A DNA stretch of 64,000 bases, taken from NCBI RefSeq assembly GCF_009914755.1, contig NC_060938.1, one strand, 5' to 3'. Shown in pieces: positions 42,261 through 64,000 of this stretch. The translations under genes and the position numbers were made by a program. Below the pieces are notes generated by a model. It saw only the letters and a program-made list of their open reading frames with translations, searched no databases and was not told the DNA's origin. The stretch is from the human T2T-CHM13v2.0 reference genome, Homo sapiens. Numbering within the stretch: the stretch's first letter is position 1; the number at the start of each line of letters is the position of its first letter.

Positions 42261-44042
42261 GACTCCCAAGGAAAAGATAGTTGACTTTTAATGTAGAAAT
42301 GTATGTTAATTGGCAAAAACAAACAAATGAAACCATAAACTATCCTTTAGGCTTCTCTCTGCTCAGTTATTAGATCATATGAATGTGCCCTTAGGAAACA
42401 CAGAAGGTCCACACTATTATAGAGACAAATTTCTTACATTCTCTGCTGTTTAATGCTCTTCAAAAGACTTATCATACTTCACTAATTTGATTACCAACTA
42501 CTTGAACACAGGAACAAATGTGCTTGTTAAAAATTTTGCATATTATGAGGGCATTAACTTTTAAGTATTCGATTGTTAAGACAATGCATATTATCATAAA
42601 CCATAGAAGGCACACTTATTACCTCCTTAAGAACCAGTCTCTATTTCTCTGCTTCATAGAACTCCCACCTCATTGAGGGATTGGACATTTGTTTCTTCAA
42701 TTGGCCCTCTTCAGCCCTAGGATAAATAGTGATTAATCTAAGCCAGTGGTTTTTGGCTCTGTCTGAGCCAATGCCTCTACTTCATAAGAAATTCTTCAAA
42801 GACCCCTTCATTATTCTAAACTATTAGTGAGAACACAATGTATGCATTCAAGTTGTTGAAAATATTAATGTTATGCTGAAGCTAACAAAGGAGAAATAAT
42901 TTACTGTCAATATATAATCCAAAATGTATATAATTGTGCCAGAACATTTACATATCAAATACAATAGAACATAATGAAATTTTCATATCTTCGCCCATAC
43001 CTTGAAACATTGTAAATAAAAAGCCACAAATATAGTTTCATTGAATAACCAAATGCCAAAACTGCGATTTCTATTGTTGACATGATTGATCTGCATTGGT
43101 AAATGTAATAGATACTTTCTGTTTGCCCCTTGTCCCCTGTTATACTCCCCTATTTACTAGCTTTTTTCCAAGTGGAATGGTCCATATTGAATATCTCAAT
43201 CGGTTCTCTTGCTCATTGCCTTCTACACATGTTCATGAGATTAAAGGGAAGGAGGAAATGGGATTGGGGGTTATTGCCTAAACTCCCTCTCTGCCAGGTC
43301 TCCTTCACCAATCTTTTTCATACGAAAATTAGTTTTTCCTTGTGTGATCAGGGCAGTTTACTCCCCAGGACTCTGCCTGCCGCTACTAACCCAGAGATAT
43401 TTTGGGGTGTGATTTCTGTGATTCCTTCACCCTTCTCCCCTGATATTTTCGTAAGTAGTCTCTTTGGAAATAAACCCATATTAAATTATCTTAGTTTGTG
43501 TGTGTTCTCTTTTTCCTATTGAGACTCTGAAATGAGTATCTAAACGAAAAAATCTACCGTCTTTTCTCATATACATAGTAGTTTCATTCCTGCAAAATTC
43601 ATGGCATATTAAAACCATGCAAAAGTACTTGGCACTAAGCAGTTACATTTGGGATTGTATAATTAAACAAAGCAGGTTATTCACCTTCATTACGTTAGAA
43701 AGTCATTCAGGACATACAGCCATCATTGATTAGGAGCGGCTATCCCATGTTACTGGACTTATGGCATCCCTGTTTTCCAATCCTTAAAGTTTTTCCTTAA
43801 AGTTCCAAAATGCCGTCACTTATTCTTTCCTGCCATTGGATTTTTTCACATGAAGTTGTAAGGCTGGGAATGCCATATCCATCTTGAAAACATAGGTAGA
43901 AAGATAAGAGAATCACAAAGAAGTGGATCATGTTGAATTAACTAAACATTGATACCATCTATTTGTTGTGCGATTTGGTCAAAGTTGCTGCGTATTTTTT
44001 TCTACAATTAGTTGACTATTCTGTTACTTGAAGCTAAAAACT

Positions 44043-44366
<324 letters not shown>

Positions 44367-44464
44367 AAAACATTTTAGCCAATAGCACAGCACATTATTT
44401 CATTTAATTTTTTCAAAAGTTGCCAGTAATTTCAATTAAAAAATATTATATAACATGCTTAATG

Positions 44465-44817
44465 CAATACAAATGCTTTTCAATGTACAATGGGGTTAAG
44501 TCTTGATAAGCTGATCATAAATTGAAAATAGAGTCAGTAAAAATGTATTTAATACCTAACTTACTGAACATCACAGCTTAGCCTGGCATACCTTTAATGT
44601 GCTCAGAACACTTACATCAGCTGACAATTGGGCAAAATCACTGAACACAAAACCCACTTTATAATAAAGTATTGGATATTTTATGTAATTTGTTGAATAT
44701 TGTACTGAAAGTGAAAAGCAGAATAGTTATATTCTATTCAAAGCTATCACTTTTACTTCATCATAAAGTAAAAAAAAAATAATAAATTGAACCATTATAA
44801 GTTGTTGACCATCTGTG
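44465..44817. mobile_element. Tigger4b/Zombi
   Basis: gaacatcacagcttagcctggcatacctttaatgtgctcagaacacttaca motif. Confidence 0.75.
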
Positions 44818-46054
44818 TATATGTATGTGTGTGTGTACCTATATAAACATGTATGTTTATATATATATTTGTGTGCGTATATATCCTCGGTGTGTGTGTA
44901 AGTGTGTGTGAGTGTGTGTGTGTATGAAATTGTAGAAAAGTAATATTTCTTATCTTATAGATATAGCATGTTAGCATGTTGGTACCTATCTTCCTGAGAT
45001 GTGAAATTTTACATGGATAGATGTGTACATTTACAGTTGTACACAAAGAGAAACATATTCTGTAGGCTCTTTGTTTTTCTGCAGTTTCATTCGACACTAT
45101 CTGGTTTATATGGATGATTACATATATAATGCTAGGATGAAGGTTCTTCTCTATAACTTTGAAACTTCATTATCAACCCTTGGTATATTCTTAGAGTGGG
45201 ATTTGATTTTAGAATTAAGATCCTTGTTTCAGGACTCTAGACTGTTAACACACAGAGCTAATAATTATTCAGAATGGTTGGGTTAGTTCACTTTCCCACA
45301 GATGAGACATCAAAAGTCCAGGCTGCACAGCCTCATTAACACTAGATTTTCTGGACATTTTATATAGTATTTCATCTGATATAAAAAGTAGAATTCTAAT
45401 TTAATTATGGTTGTTATTTTATTTTTACCTTTTTAGTCATTATGAAAATGTTTAACTATATGAAAAGCCAGAAAAGGGTTTTTTTTATGGTAGTACTTCA
45501 GAAGTATTTGTGATGCTTAATTTTTAAAAATTAACTCTAAAAGAATCTTGAAATGTCTGTTTAATAAAATAGGAAATAAATACTGGTCACATTGGTGAAA
45601 AATATTTGTTTAAAATTAAAATATCTGCAGCAATCCTGTAGATATTAATAGTTTTTAAAGAATGACATCTTCAAAATATAACTGTTCTAAACTAATATGT
45701 CTCTATTAATACATATAGATACATATATCTAAATAAATCTGAAGACTTCAAATTCCAGGTACAATATAATTTTTTTCTATCCTGTGATTTGTCATTCAGG
45801 AATTTGTAATTTGAGCAGAATTATGTTGCCCTAACCACATGTCTGTCTTTTCTCTTACCTAAAAAATGTTATTTTATGTAAAATTGTTTTAAAGGTCAAT
45901 TTGCATGTTTGAAAAGCATCTTGTACAATGTTTCATAATATATTGCATATTTGGTTACATTGTTTTAACTGTGTAAATATGGTTTAAATCTGTGATGCTC
46001 TTTAGTGCTGATCATGATGCAAATCAAATTTATCTGTATAAAAGGCCCCTGTTA

Positions 46055-52187
<6,133 letters not shown>

Positions 52188-53566
52188 TAATTTATGACAT
52201 TCAAAAGATCAGATACATTTACCCTCTTCTGAATTTTAATTGCTGATGGAAAGATTGTGAAATCTCAAGAGGATAATGAATCAGCTTCTGATTATATTCT
52301 GGAATTACAATTTGATCACCCATCCAAGAATGCGTATTCACTTTCCTTTACATTAGACGCATGCATAATACCATGCTGAGTGATGCTGGAAAAAGTGAGT
52401 CTTCAGTAATGCCCTCATGAAATTACAGTCTCACTACACCGAGGTATTTTCTTTTTAACCCTTTCTTTCTTTTCTGCTGTGAATATGTGCCTTCTAAGAG
52501 GTGAACGACTGGGAAAAACTGAAAAAGAACCTTCAACTAATTCAGTAACTAGCTTTTGTATCTTCTAACAATTTTTATCTCCAGAAAGCTCTAATTTTCA
52601 TTCCTTTACAAGCTTTATTTCTCTCTCCTTTCCAAAACCAGACTTTGCTCTGTTTGTTTTCTATACCTTTTTAGAGATGCCTACAATAGATAAAAACTAT
52701 GACATATTCAATACATCTGAAAAGTTTGCATTGCCATAGATAAGAATGAATTATCTGTTTATAAAGAAAAAAAACAATAAAAATATGAACCAAGAAAGCA
52801 CAGAAGGTAGTAACCACATTTAGATGTTTATCGTAGAATCATCTTTATAATCCATCTGTTACAATTCCACAGAGCAAATTACAAGTAATTGTGAAGTTTC
52901 CCCTCATTTTATACGTTTGGTCTTATAAGGCATACAACACAAATTTTAATTACTTTTCTTTTTGGTATTTCGATCTTAATTTGGTCAAGTCGCCACTGGG
53001 TAGATGATGGAGCCTCATGAGACATACAGTCTTCTTCTAGCTTTGTTGATGTGAATATTACTGTGTATTTTTCATTCACTTATTATTTTACAAGGCATGC
53101 TTCATTAAAAATATGTCAGCATCTCATTGACAAATCACAAAATTTTAAAGGCACAAGAAAAAAGCAATTTATTTAAAACATTCCTGTGTAAAAGTAGTCA
53201 CCACTCTTACTATTCTTCAAATATTTTTATTATATTTAAACGCAAGCCTAGTTTTATCTCGAGTGTCTGACCTTGATGATATTGTATACTTTAAACTTAG
53301 AAAAATTGAACTCTATTGGAAATTTCCTACAGATCAGCTTTTCTAGATGACAAGCGCCTTGTTTCAGCCATGGAGATGACAGCAAATTAGGTTCTCAGGG
53401 ATTCTGGCCTCTGGCATCATCTCAGTTGTTTATAATTGAAGTTGGCTCTGATGAGAACTCAGCTTAGATGCATGGTTGGACTGCTGGGCTTAAGGCTGGC
53501 CTGCCAGGAGGTTGCGTTGAGGTGTAACTAGGCAAAGAAAGAAGGAGTTTATTGAGGCACTACTGA

Positions 53567-54002
53567 CAATAGGAAAGACTTGGAACCAACCCAAATGTCC
53601 AACAATGATAGACTGGATTAAGAAAATGTGGCACATATACAGCATGGAATCCTATGCAGCCATAAAAATGATGAGTTCATGTCCTTTGTAGGGACATGGA
53701 TGAAGCTGGAAACCATCATTCTCAGCAAACTATCACAAGGACAAAAAAACAAACCCCGCATGTTCTCACTCATAGGTGGGAATTAAACAATGAGAACACA
53801 TGGACACAGGAAGGGGAACAGCACACACTGGGGCCTGTTGTGGGGTGAGGGGCTAGGGGAGGGAAAGCATTAGGATATATACCTAATGTAAATGACGAGT
53901 TAATGGATGCAGCACACCAACATGTCACATGTATACATATGAAACGAACCTGCACGTTGTGCACATGTACCCTAGAACTTAAAGTATAACCAAAAAAAAG
54001 AA
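53567..54002 (+). mobile_element. 5'-truncated L1PA 3' end
   Basis: gacttggaaccaacccaaatgtcc...cctagaacttaaagtataa plus A tail. Confidence 0.93.
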
Positions 54003-55350
54003 GGGGTTGGGCAAAATTGCCAACAATCTTCAACTATGAATTTTATGAGTAGGGGCTTCCCACACAATCAGGCACTCCAAGTTGGAGAAACAAGGGATGT
54101 TGAATTGAAAGTTTAATTTTTTAGGCTTGATAGTCAGATTAGGGAAGTTTTGGGTACACCTTTCCCACTCTAGAGCCCTCTCCCTAACTCAGGGCCAATT
54201 TGGGACATGGGCTCAATGGAAAAGAGTGCCGAGATCAATTAGAAATATCCATCATGAACATAGGAGGCAGGCATTCTGGCCAAGGGGGTGCATCTTCCCA
54301 CTTTGTAATCCAGAGTGCGATTTCTTCTTGCTATCTGTCCCTCCATAAATAAGCGTTGGGTGAAGGACAAGCTAGTTACAACTGAGGATGGAATGAGATT
54401 TTAGCAGAATTGCAAAATGAACTGAAAGCCACAAAACTGTTCCTCTGTGAACCAGCAGAGAGATCTGTGGAAGGCAAAGGAATAGGAGCCAAGAGGCCAG
54501 ATAACATTCCTGCTTCCCTTACATTGTGAGAGTGAAATTGTCAGCAACCTATATCAGTAATTAACCAGAGGCTTTTTAGAGAGTAAGACTTCTGATAGAT
54601 ACCTCAATAGCTGAAGTTGCTCTTCAGTACTGCACATAACCTGTGGACAGATTTTCATCATTATTAATTCATTTATTCAACAGATAGATATTAAATTCAA
54701 GGCATAGTTCTAAACTATGCAGTCAATTACAAAAAAAAATAATGAAGGGCATTAGCTCTGCTTCCTAGGACGTTAAAAGTCTAGCGCTAAGTGAGACAAA
54801 TAGGGTTCCCACATCAAGTGCCTGGGCTCCTGTTATAACCTGGACTCTGCTTCCATTGGCTTATCTTGTTTCTGTTTTGGTAAATCCATCATTTGTCTTA
54901 GTCCCTATCCTTGCCATGCTCACCCACCAGTAGGTGGGCCTCCTTGACCATAACTACAGACATAGATCTTTGATTGTTTCTTTTCAAATATTTGCTTACT
55001 TTAGAGCTGCAGTCAAATGTTGTTTGGACCATAAGACTCTAAGGCTGTGTGTGGTTGAAACTGTCTTGAGACTCAAAGAGCTATTGAGGAAGGGATTTGG
55101 TAGCTGAACTCATTTGAAGATTTTCTCTGTCTCTCACACATCTGGGGCTGAATAGCTTAACGTTTAATTTCTACATCGATGATAGTTTAATAGCCATTCA
55201 TGCAAATCAGTTCTGCTGTGAGTTATTTTCCTACTCCAATAACAAGTAACGCATTCCTTAAATTTAGTGTACGTATAAATTCTACATGGTAAGTGAAGCT
55301 GTCTTTATGCATTGCTGCTATAGAATATACTAGATTGTGTAGGTTTTAGA

Positions 55351-56026
55351 GCCTGGGGCTCTCCCTCAGGGGGCTTTCGTGAGCCAGGGAGCGAGGGCCG
55401 TCCCTGTGCTCCAGGCCAGCCTGGCCGTGCCGGCAGAGGGGATCTCCCAACCTGCCCCAGCACGCGGGGATTTTCTCTAAGCCACCCCGGCTCCTCCGGA
55501 AGGGGCGCTCTCCCACCCTCAGGCTCCTCGGTGGCCTCGGCACCCAGGCAAAAGCCGGGAGGACTGGGAACCGCAGCGTGACGGCCTGCTGGGCCCTTGC
55601 GCGGTGGAACAGCCTGGGCCCGCTCAAGCGGGGCCACAAGGCCAAGGTGTGCTTGCGATACCCGCGTCCCAGGGGAGTCCGTGGTGGGGCTGGGGCCGGG
55701 GTCCCCAGGTCGCCAGGGCAGCGTGGGAACCCCAAGCCGGGGCAGCTCCACCTCGCCAGCCCACGCCCCCGGAGGCCTCCGCGTGGCAGGGGCTGATGCA
55801 AGGCATCCAGGTGCCCACCGAGGTGCTCCAGGAGCCAGGGTGCTCGTCTGCACTCCCCTCCGGCCTTCTGCTGGATGAGCTCCTGGTGAGCCAGGAGTTC
55901 CTGCAGCAGGGGCTACCTTTCCTAGAAACGGAGGCCCCAGGGGAGCTGGAGGCCTTGGAAGAGGCCGCCTCGCTGGAAGAACCCCTCAGCGAGGAAGAAT
56001 ACCGGGGTCTGCTGGAGGAGCTTTAG
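55351..56026 (+). pseudogene. DUX4L: 5'-truncated DUX4-like copy with no homeoboxes; C-terminal activation domain intact
   Basis: Reads [12 protein letters not shown]...; TAA at 55478; then open to LLDELL...[11 protein letters not shown] at 56026. Confidence 0.92.
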
Positions 56027-56725
56027 GACATGGGGTTGGGATGGGGTCGGGTCGGGGCAGGGCGGTGGACTCTCTTTTGTCAGGAACACCTGGCTGGCTA
56101 TAGAGGGGCAAGTCTTCACCCCACCCCCACCACTGGGCTGACCGGCCTGGGATTCCTGCCTTCTAGGTTTAGGCCTGGTGAGAGGCTCCACACAGCGGAG
56201 AACTGCCATTTTTTCTTGGTAATCCCGTGGATCCCACCGCCGGCCCAGGTACCAGAGGTGGGCCGCGTACTGCGCACGCAAGGGTTTTTGGGCAGCCGCC
56301 TGGGCTTTGAGAGCAGCCCGGGCAGAGCTCTCACGCCTTTCCACCACCCCACCCCCGCATGACCACCCCCTCCGCACTCCCACAATCCCCCCAGAAAATG
56401 CGTCCTCCCCAGGGCTGGGTGGAGACCCCTGTCCTGAGAAACACCGGGCCCGCGCAGCGTCCAGGCCTGACAACAGTCCAGCGGCTCGCCTCTTCTCTGC
56501 CTCCACGCCACCGTCACCAGCCCACCCGTGCCCCTGCCGCCTCCCAGCTGCCACCATGGAGCGCTTGGCGGCGGAACGCAGACCTCTAGCACTCTTTGCT
56601 GGCCTCCTGGCTAGACCTGCACTCATTGTGCACACTGGCTGACGTGCAAGGGAGCCCGCTGGCCTCTCTGTGCCCTTTTCCGTCAGTGAAATTCTGGCTG
56701 AGGTTCTCCAAACACCTTCCGATGC
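56027..56725 (+). repeat. D4Z4 3' segment: exon-2 equivalent (56167-56248), KpnI unit boundary (56248-56253), partial next unit and pLAM-like exon-3 start (56615)
   Basis: ttctag|gtttaggcctggtgag...cccag|gtacc; ctggctag|acctgc...ggctgacgtgcaaggga...gaaattctggctga, matching the recalled 4qA distal structure. Confidence 0.85.
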
Positions 56726-59700
56726 TCTTTCATCAAAGCCTGGAGAATGGTTACATCTCCTGGATGATCAGTTCAGAAACATGTCACAATGCCCCTCCCT
56801 GCGGAGCCTAGAGAAGATTTGCATCATTTGGGTGATCAGTGCAGAGATATTTCACAATGTCCCCTGTACAAAAAGCCCGGGAATGATTTACATCACCTCG
56901 GTGATCAGTGCATAGGTATGTCAGAAATCCTCAGTAGGCTGAAACTAGACAAGGGTTACATCATTTAGGCGATCAGTGTAGAGATATGTGAAAATTCCCG
57001 TGTAGACAGAGCCTAGACAAGTGTTACATCACCTAGTGATCAGTGCAGGGTTAAGTCATAAAGCCTCCTGTAGGAAGAGTGTAGACAAGTGTTTCCTCCC
57101 TGTGGTGATCAGTGCAGAGATATGTCACAAAGCTCCTATAAGCAGAACCTTGAAAAGGGTTACATCACCTGTTGGATCAGTGGAAATGTATATCACAAAG
57201 TCCCTGTAGGCAAAGCCCAGACAATTGTTACATCACCTGGGTGAGCAGTGTAGAGATCTGTCACAATGCCCCTGTAGGCAGAGCTTAGACAAGGGTTACA
57301 TCACCTGGGTGATCAGTGCAGAGATATGTCAAAACGCTCCTGTAGGCTGAACCTAGACAGGAGTTACGTCACCTGGGTGATCAGTGCAGAGACATGTGAG
57401 AATTCCCGTGTAGGCAGAGCCTAGACCAGTGTTACATCACCTAGGTTATCAGTGGAGGTATAAGTCATAAAGCCTCCTGTAGGCCGAGCGTAGAGAAGAC
57501 TTCTCCCCCCAGGGTGAACAGTGCAGAGATGTGTCACAAAGCCCCTGTAGGGAGAGCCTAGACAAGAGTTTCATCACTTGGTTGATCAATACAGAAATGT
57601 GTCACAATGTCCATGTAGGCAGATTTAAGACAAGAGCCCATCTCCTCGGTGATCAGTGCAGAGAGATGTACCAATGTCCCCTGTAGGCAGTGCCTAGACA
57701 AGAGTTGCATCACCTCAGAGATCAGTGTATAGATACGTCACAAAGCCTTCTATAGGCAAAGCCCATACAAGGCTTACATCACCTAGGTGATCAGTGCAGT
57801 GATATGTCACACAAATCCCTGTAGACAGAGCCTAGACAAGAGTTACATCACCTGGGTGATCAGTGCAGATATATGACACAATGCCCCCATAGACAGAGCC
57901 TAGAGAACACTTCCATCACCTGGGTGATCAGTGCAGAGATGTGTCACAAATCCCTCTCTAGGCAGAGTAAAGAGAAGAGTCCCATCACCTGGGTGATCAG
58001 TGCGGAGATATTTCACAATGCCCCCTGTAGGCTGAGAGGGGACAACAGTTACATAACCTAGGTGATCTGTGCAGAGCTATGTCAAAACGCCCCTGCAGGC
58101 AGAGCCTAGATAAATGTTACATCACCTGGGTGATTAGAGCAGAGATACGTCACAATACCCCCTGTACGTGGAGCCTAGACAAGAGTTACATAACCTGGGT
58201 GATCAGGTCAGAAATATGTCACAAAGCAGGTGTAGGCCGAGCCTAGACAAGAGTTACATCTCCTGGGTGATCAGTGCAAAGATATGTCACAAAGCCCCGT
58301 GTAGACAAATCCCAGAAAATAGTTACATCACCTCGGTGATCACTGGAGACATCTGTCACAATTCCCCTTTAGTCGCAGCTTAGACAAGGGTTACGTCACA
58401 TGAGTGATCAGTGCAGAGATATGTCATTAAGACCCCATAGGCAGATCTAAGACAAGAGTCCATCACCTGAGTGATCAGTGCAGAAATATGCCACAATGTC
58501 GTCAGAAGGCAGATATAGACAAGAGTTACATCACCTGCGTGATCACTGCAGAGATATGTCACAATGCTGCTGTAGGCAGAGCCTAGACAAAAGTCCCATC
58601 ACCTGGGTGATCAGTGCAGAGTTATGTCACAATGCCCCCTTTGGCAGAGTAAACAAATGTTACATCACCTGGGTGATCAGTGCAGAGTTGTGTCACAAGC
58701 TCCCTGTAGCCAGAGCCTAGACAAGAGTTACATCAGCTGTGTGATAAGTGCAGTGACATGTCACAATGTCCCTGTAGCCATATCCTTGACAAAAGTGACA
58801 GCACCTGGGTGATCAGTGCGGAGATATGTCACAATGTCTCCAGTAGGCAGAGCCTAGACAAGAGTTACATCACCTGGCTGATCAGGGTAGAGATATGTTA
58901 CAATGCCCCCTGTAAGCAGATCCCAGACAAGAGTTGCATCACTTCGGTGATCAGTGCAGAGATATGTCTCAATGACCCCTGTCGGCAAAGACTATAGAAG
59001 AGTTACATCATGTTGGTGATCAGTGCAGAGATATGTGAAAATGCCCCCGTAGGCAGAGCCTAGACAAGAGTTACATCAGCTGGGTGAGCAGTGCAGAGAT
59101 ATCTCACAATACCCACTGTAAGCAGAGCCTAGAAAAGAGTTACATCACCTGGGTGATCAGTGCAGAGATATATCATAAATCCCACTGTAGGCAAAGCCTA
59201 GACAAGTTTTACATCACCTCAGCGATCAGTGCAGAGATATGTCCCAAAGTCCCTCTAGGCAGACCCTAGACAAGAGTCACATCTCCTGGGTGATCAGTGC
59301 AGAGATAAATCACAATGCCCCCATAGGCAGAGCCTAGACAAGTGTTACATAACCTGGGTGATCCGTGCAGAGTGATGTCACAAGGCCCTCTCCAGGCACA
59401 GACTAGAAAAGAGTTACATTACCTGAGGGATCAGTGCAGTGATATGTCACAATGCCCCCTGTAGGCAGTGCATAAAGAAGAGTTGCAACACTTGGGTGAT
59501 CAGTGCAGCGATGTATCACAATGTCCCCTGTAGGCAGAGCATAGAGAATAGTTGCATCACCTGGGAGATCAGTGCAGAGATATGTCACAATGTCCCCTGT
59601 AGGCAAAGCCTAGGCAAGAGTTACAACACCTTTGTCATCAGTTCAGGGATATGTGAAAACGTCCCTGTGGGCAGAGTCTAGACAAGAGTTACGCCACCTG

Positions 59701-61830
59701 GTTGATCGGTGCAGTGATATTACACAATACCCCCTGTAGGCAGATCCTAGAAAAGAGTTGAATCACCTACGTGATCAGTGCAGAGATATGTCACAATGCC
59801 ACTGTGGGCAGAGCCTAGAGAAGAGTTACATGGCCTAGGTAATCATTGCAGAGATACATCGCAATTTCCCTGTAGGCAGAGCCTTGACAAGTGTTACATC
59901 AGCTGTGTGATCATTGCAGGTATATGTCACAATGCACCTTGTAGTCAGATCCTAGAAAAGAGTTACATCACCTAGGTGATCAGTGCAGACATTTGTCAAA
60001 ATTCCCTGTAGGTAGTGCTTATAAAATTGTTATATCACCTAAGTGATCAGTGCAGAGTTATGTCACAAAGCTCCTGTAGGCAGAACTTAGATGAGTTACA
60101 TCACCTGGGTGATCAGTGCAAAGGTATGTCACAAAGCCCCCTGTAGGCAAACCCTAGACAATAGTTACATCACTTGGGTGATCAGTGGCGAGATCTCTCA
60201 CAATTCTCCTGTCGGCAGAGCTTATACAACAGTTACATCACCTGGGTGATCAGTTCAGAGATATGTCACAATGCCCTCAAAGGCAGATCCAAGACAAGAG
60301 TCCATCACCTGGCTGATCAGTGCAGAAATATGTCACAATGCCCCCTTAGGCAGAGACTAAACAAAAGCCCCATCACCTGGATGATCAGTGCAGAGTTATG
60401 TCACAAAGTCCCTTTAGGCAGATCCTAGACAAGTGTTGCATCACTTGGATGATCAGTGCAGATTTATGTCACAATGCCAATGTAGGCAGAGCCTAGACAA
60501 GGGTTACATGACCTAGGTGATCAGTGCAAAGATACAGCGCAATGTCCCTGTAGGCAGAGCCTTGACAAGTAGTACATGACCTGAGTGATCATTGCATGGA
60601 TATGTCACAAAGCACCCTGTAGGCAGATTCTAGAGAATAGTTATATCACCTGGGTGATCAGTGCATAGATATGTCACAAGCCCCTGTAAGCAGAGCCTAG
60701 ACAAGAGTTATATCTCCTGGGTGATCAGTGCAGTGATATTTCACAATGCCATGAAGCCAAGCCTAGACTAATGTTACAGCACCTGGGAGATCAGTACAGA
60801 GATATGTCACAATGTCCCCAGTAGGCAGAGACCAGGCAAGAGTTGGATCACCTCGCGATCTGTGCAGAGATATGTCTCAATCTCCCTGTGGGCACAGCCT
60901 AGGCAAGAGTTACATCACCTCGGTTAACAGTGCAGAGACATGTCATAATGCCCCTGTAGGCAGAGCCTACACAAGTTTTACATCACTTAGGTGATCAGTG
61001 CAGAGATATGTCACAATACCCCCTGTAAGCAGAGCCTAGACAAGAGTTACATCACCTGGGTGATCAGTGCAGAGATATTTGACAAGGCCCCTTTAAGCAG
61101 AGCCTAGACAATAGTTACAACACCTGAGTCATCAGTGCAGAGATTTGTCACAATGCCCCTTTAGGCAGAGCTTAGACTAGAGTTACATAACCTGGGTGAT
61201 CAGTGCAGATATATGTCACAATGCCCCCATAGGCAAATCCAAGACAAGAATCCGTCACCTGGGTGATCAGTGCAGACATATGTGACAATGCCCCCCGTAG
61301 GCAGAGCCTAGAGAAGAGTCCCAACACCTGGGTGATCAATGCAGAGATATTTCACAATGACCCTGCAGGCAGAGCGTAAGGAAGAGTTAAATCACCTAGA
61401 TGATCAGTGCAGAGATATGTCAAAAGGCCCCCTATAGGCAGAGCCTGGACAAGAGTTACATCACCTCGGTGATCAATGCAGCGATATGTCACTATGCCCC
61501 TTAGGCAGAGCCTAGTCAAGCGTTACATCACGTCGGTGATCAGTGCAGAGATATGTCACAAAGTCCTCATACACAGAGCCTAGACTAGAGTCCCATCACC
61601 TGGGTGATCAGTGCAGAAATATGTCACAATGCCTCCATAGGCAGATCCAACACAAGGGTTACATCACCTGGGTGATCAGTGTAGAGATATGTCACAATGT
61701 CCCCATAGGCAGAGCCTAGACAAAAGTCCCATCACCTGGGTGATCAGTGCAGAGATATGTCACAAAGCCCCTGTAGGCAGAGCCTAGACAAGAGTTACAT
61801 CACTTTGTTGATCAGTTGAGAGATGTTTCA
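56726..61830 (+). repeat. Beta satellite (68-bp Sau3A/BSR), about 75 diverged monomers
   Basis: Repeat gatcagtgcagagatatgtcacaatgcccctgtaggcagagcctagacaagagttacatcacctgggt. Confidence 0.97.
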
Positions 61831-61834
61831 TGCT

Positions 61835-63894
<2,060 letters not shown>

Positions 63895-64000
63895 GACCCC
63901 GGGTTGGGACGGGATCGATCGGGGCAGGGCGGTGGCCTCTCTTTCACGGCTAACACCTGGCTGGCTATGGAGGGGTGTGTCTTCCCCCCACACCATCCAC

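Noticed and set aside
56726-61830. Cys/His-rich ORFs, or a CRISPR-like regular array
   Set aside because: 68-bp beta satellite; the unit is not a multiple of 3, stops are frequent, and there are no unique spacers.

Overview
Human or great-ape heterochromatin-adjacent DNA, most consistent with an acrocentric short arm (inferred from ACRO1 satellite occurring with beta-satellite/D4Z4-like DUX4L units). From left to right: (1) The end of an ACRO composite unit (1-5907). Its 147-bp ACRO1 array is read as one uninterrupted 863-codon Ser/Pro/Thr-rich ORF with Pol II CTD-like PSYSPTTP motifs. The ORF lies behind a GC-box/TATA/Inr core promoter, with a perfect DUX4 motif about 530 bp upstream of the predicted TSS. 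(2) A rearranged retroelement mosaic (5908-20470): an L1 5' fragment, MER4-group ERV1 internal sequence with many Alus, and HERV-K HML-3 (MER9) nested in HERV-K HML-1 (LTR14), itself abutting an L1. (3) About 35 kb of AT-rich, gene-poor DNA with old repeats and a dead full-length L1PA (46055-52187). (4) A 5'-truncated DUX4-like copy with exon 2 and a pLAM-like exon 3 that lacks the FSHD poly(A) signal, about 5.1 kb of 68-bp beta satellite, and a second, frameshifted DUX4-like pseudogene. The top candidate for an undescribed system is the ACRO1 'satellite' acting as a multicopy, DUX4-inducible protein-coding gene. Repeat subfamily names are recognised from memory and need RepeatMasker/Dfam confirmation.
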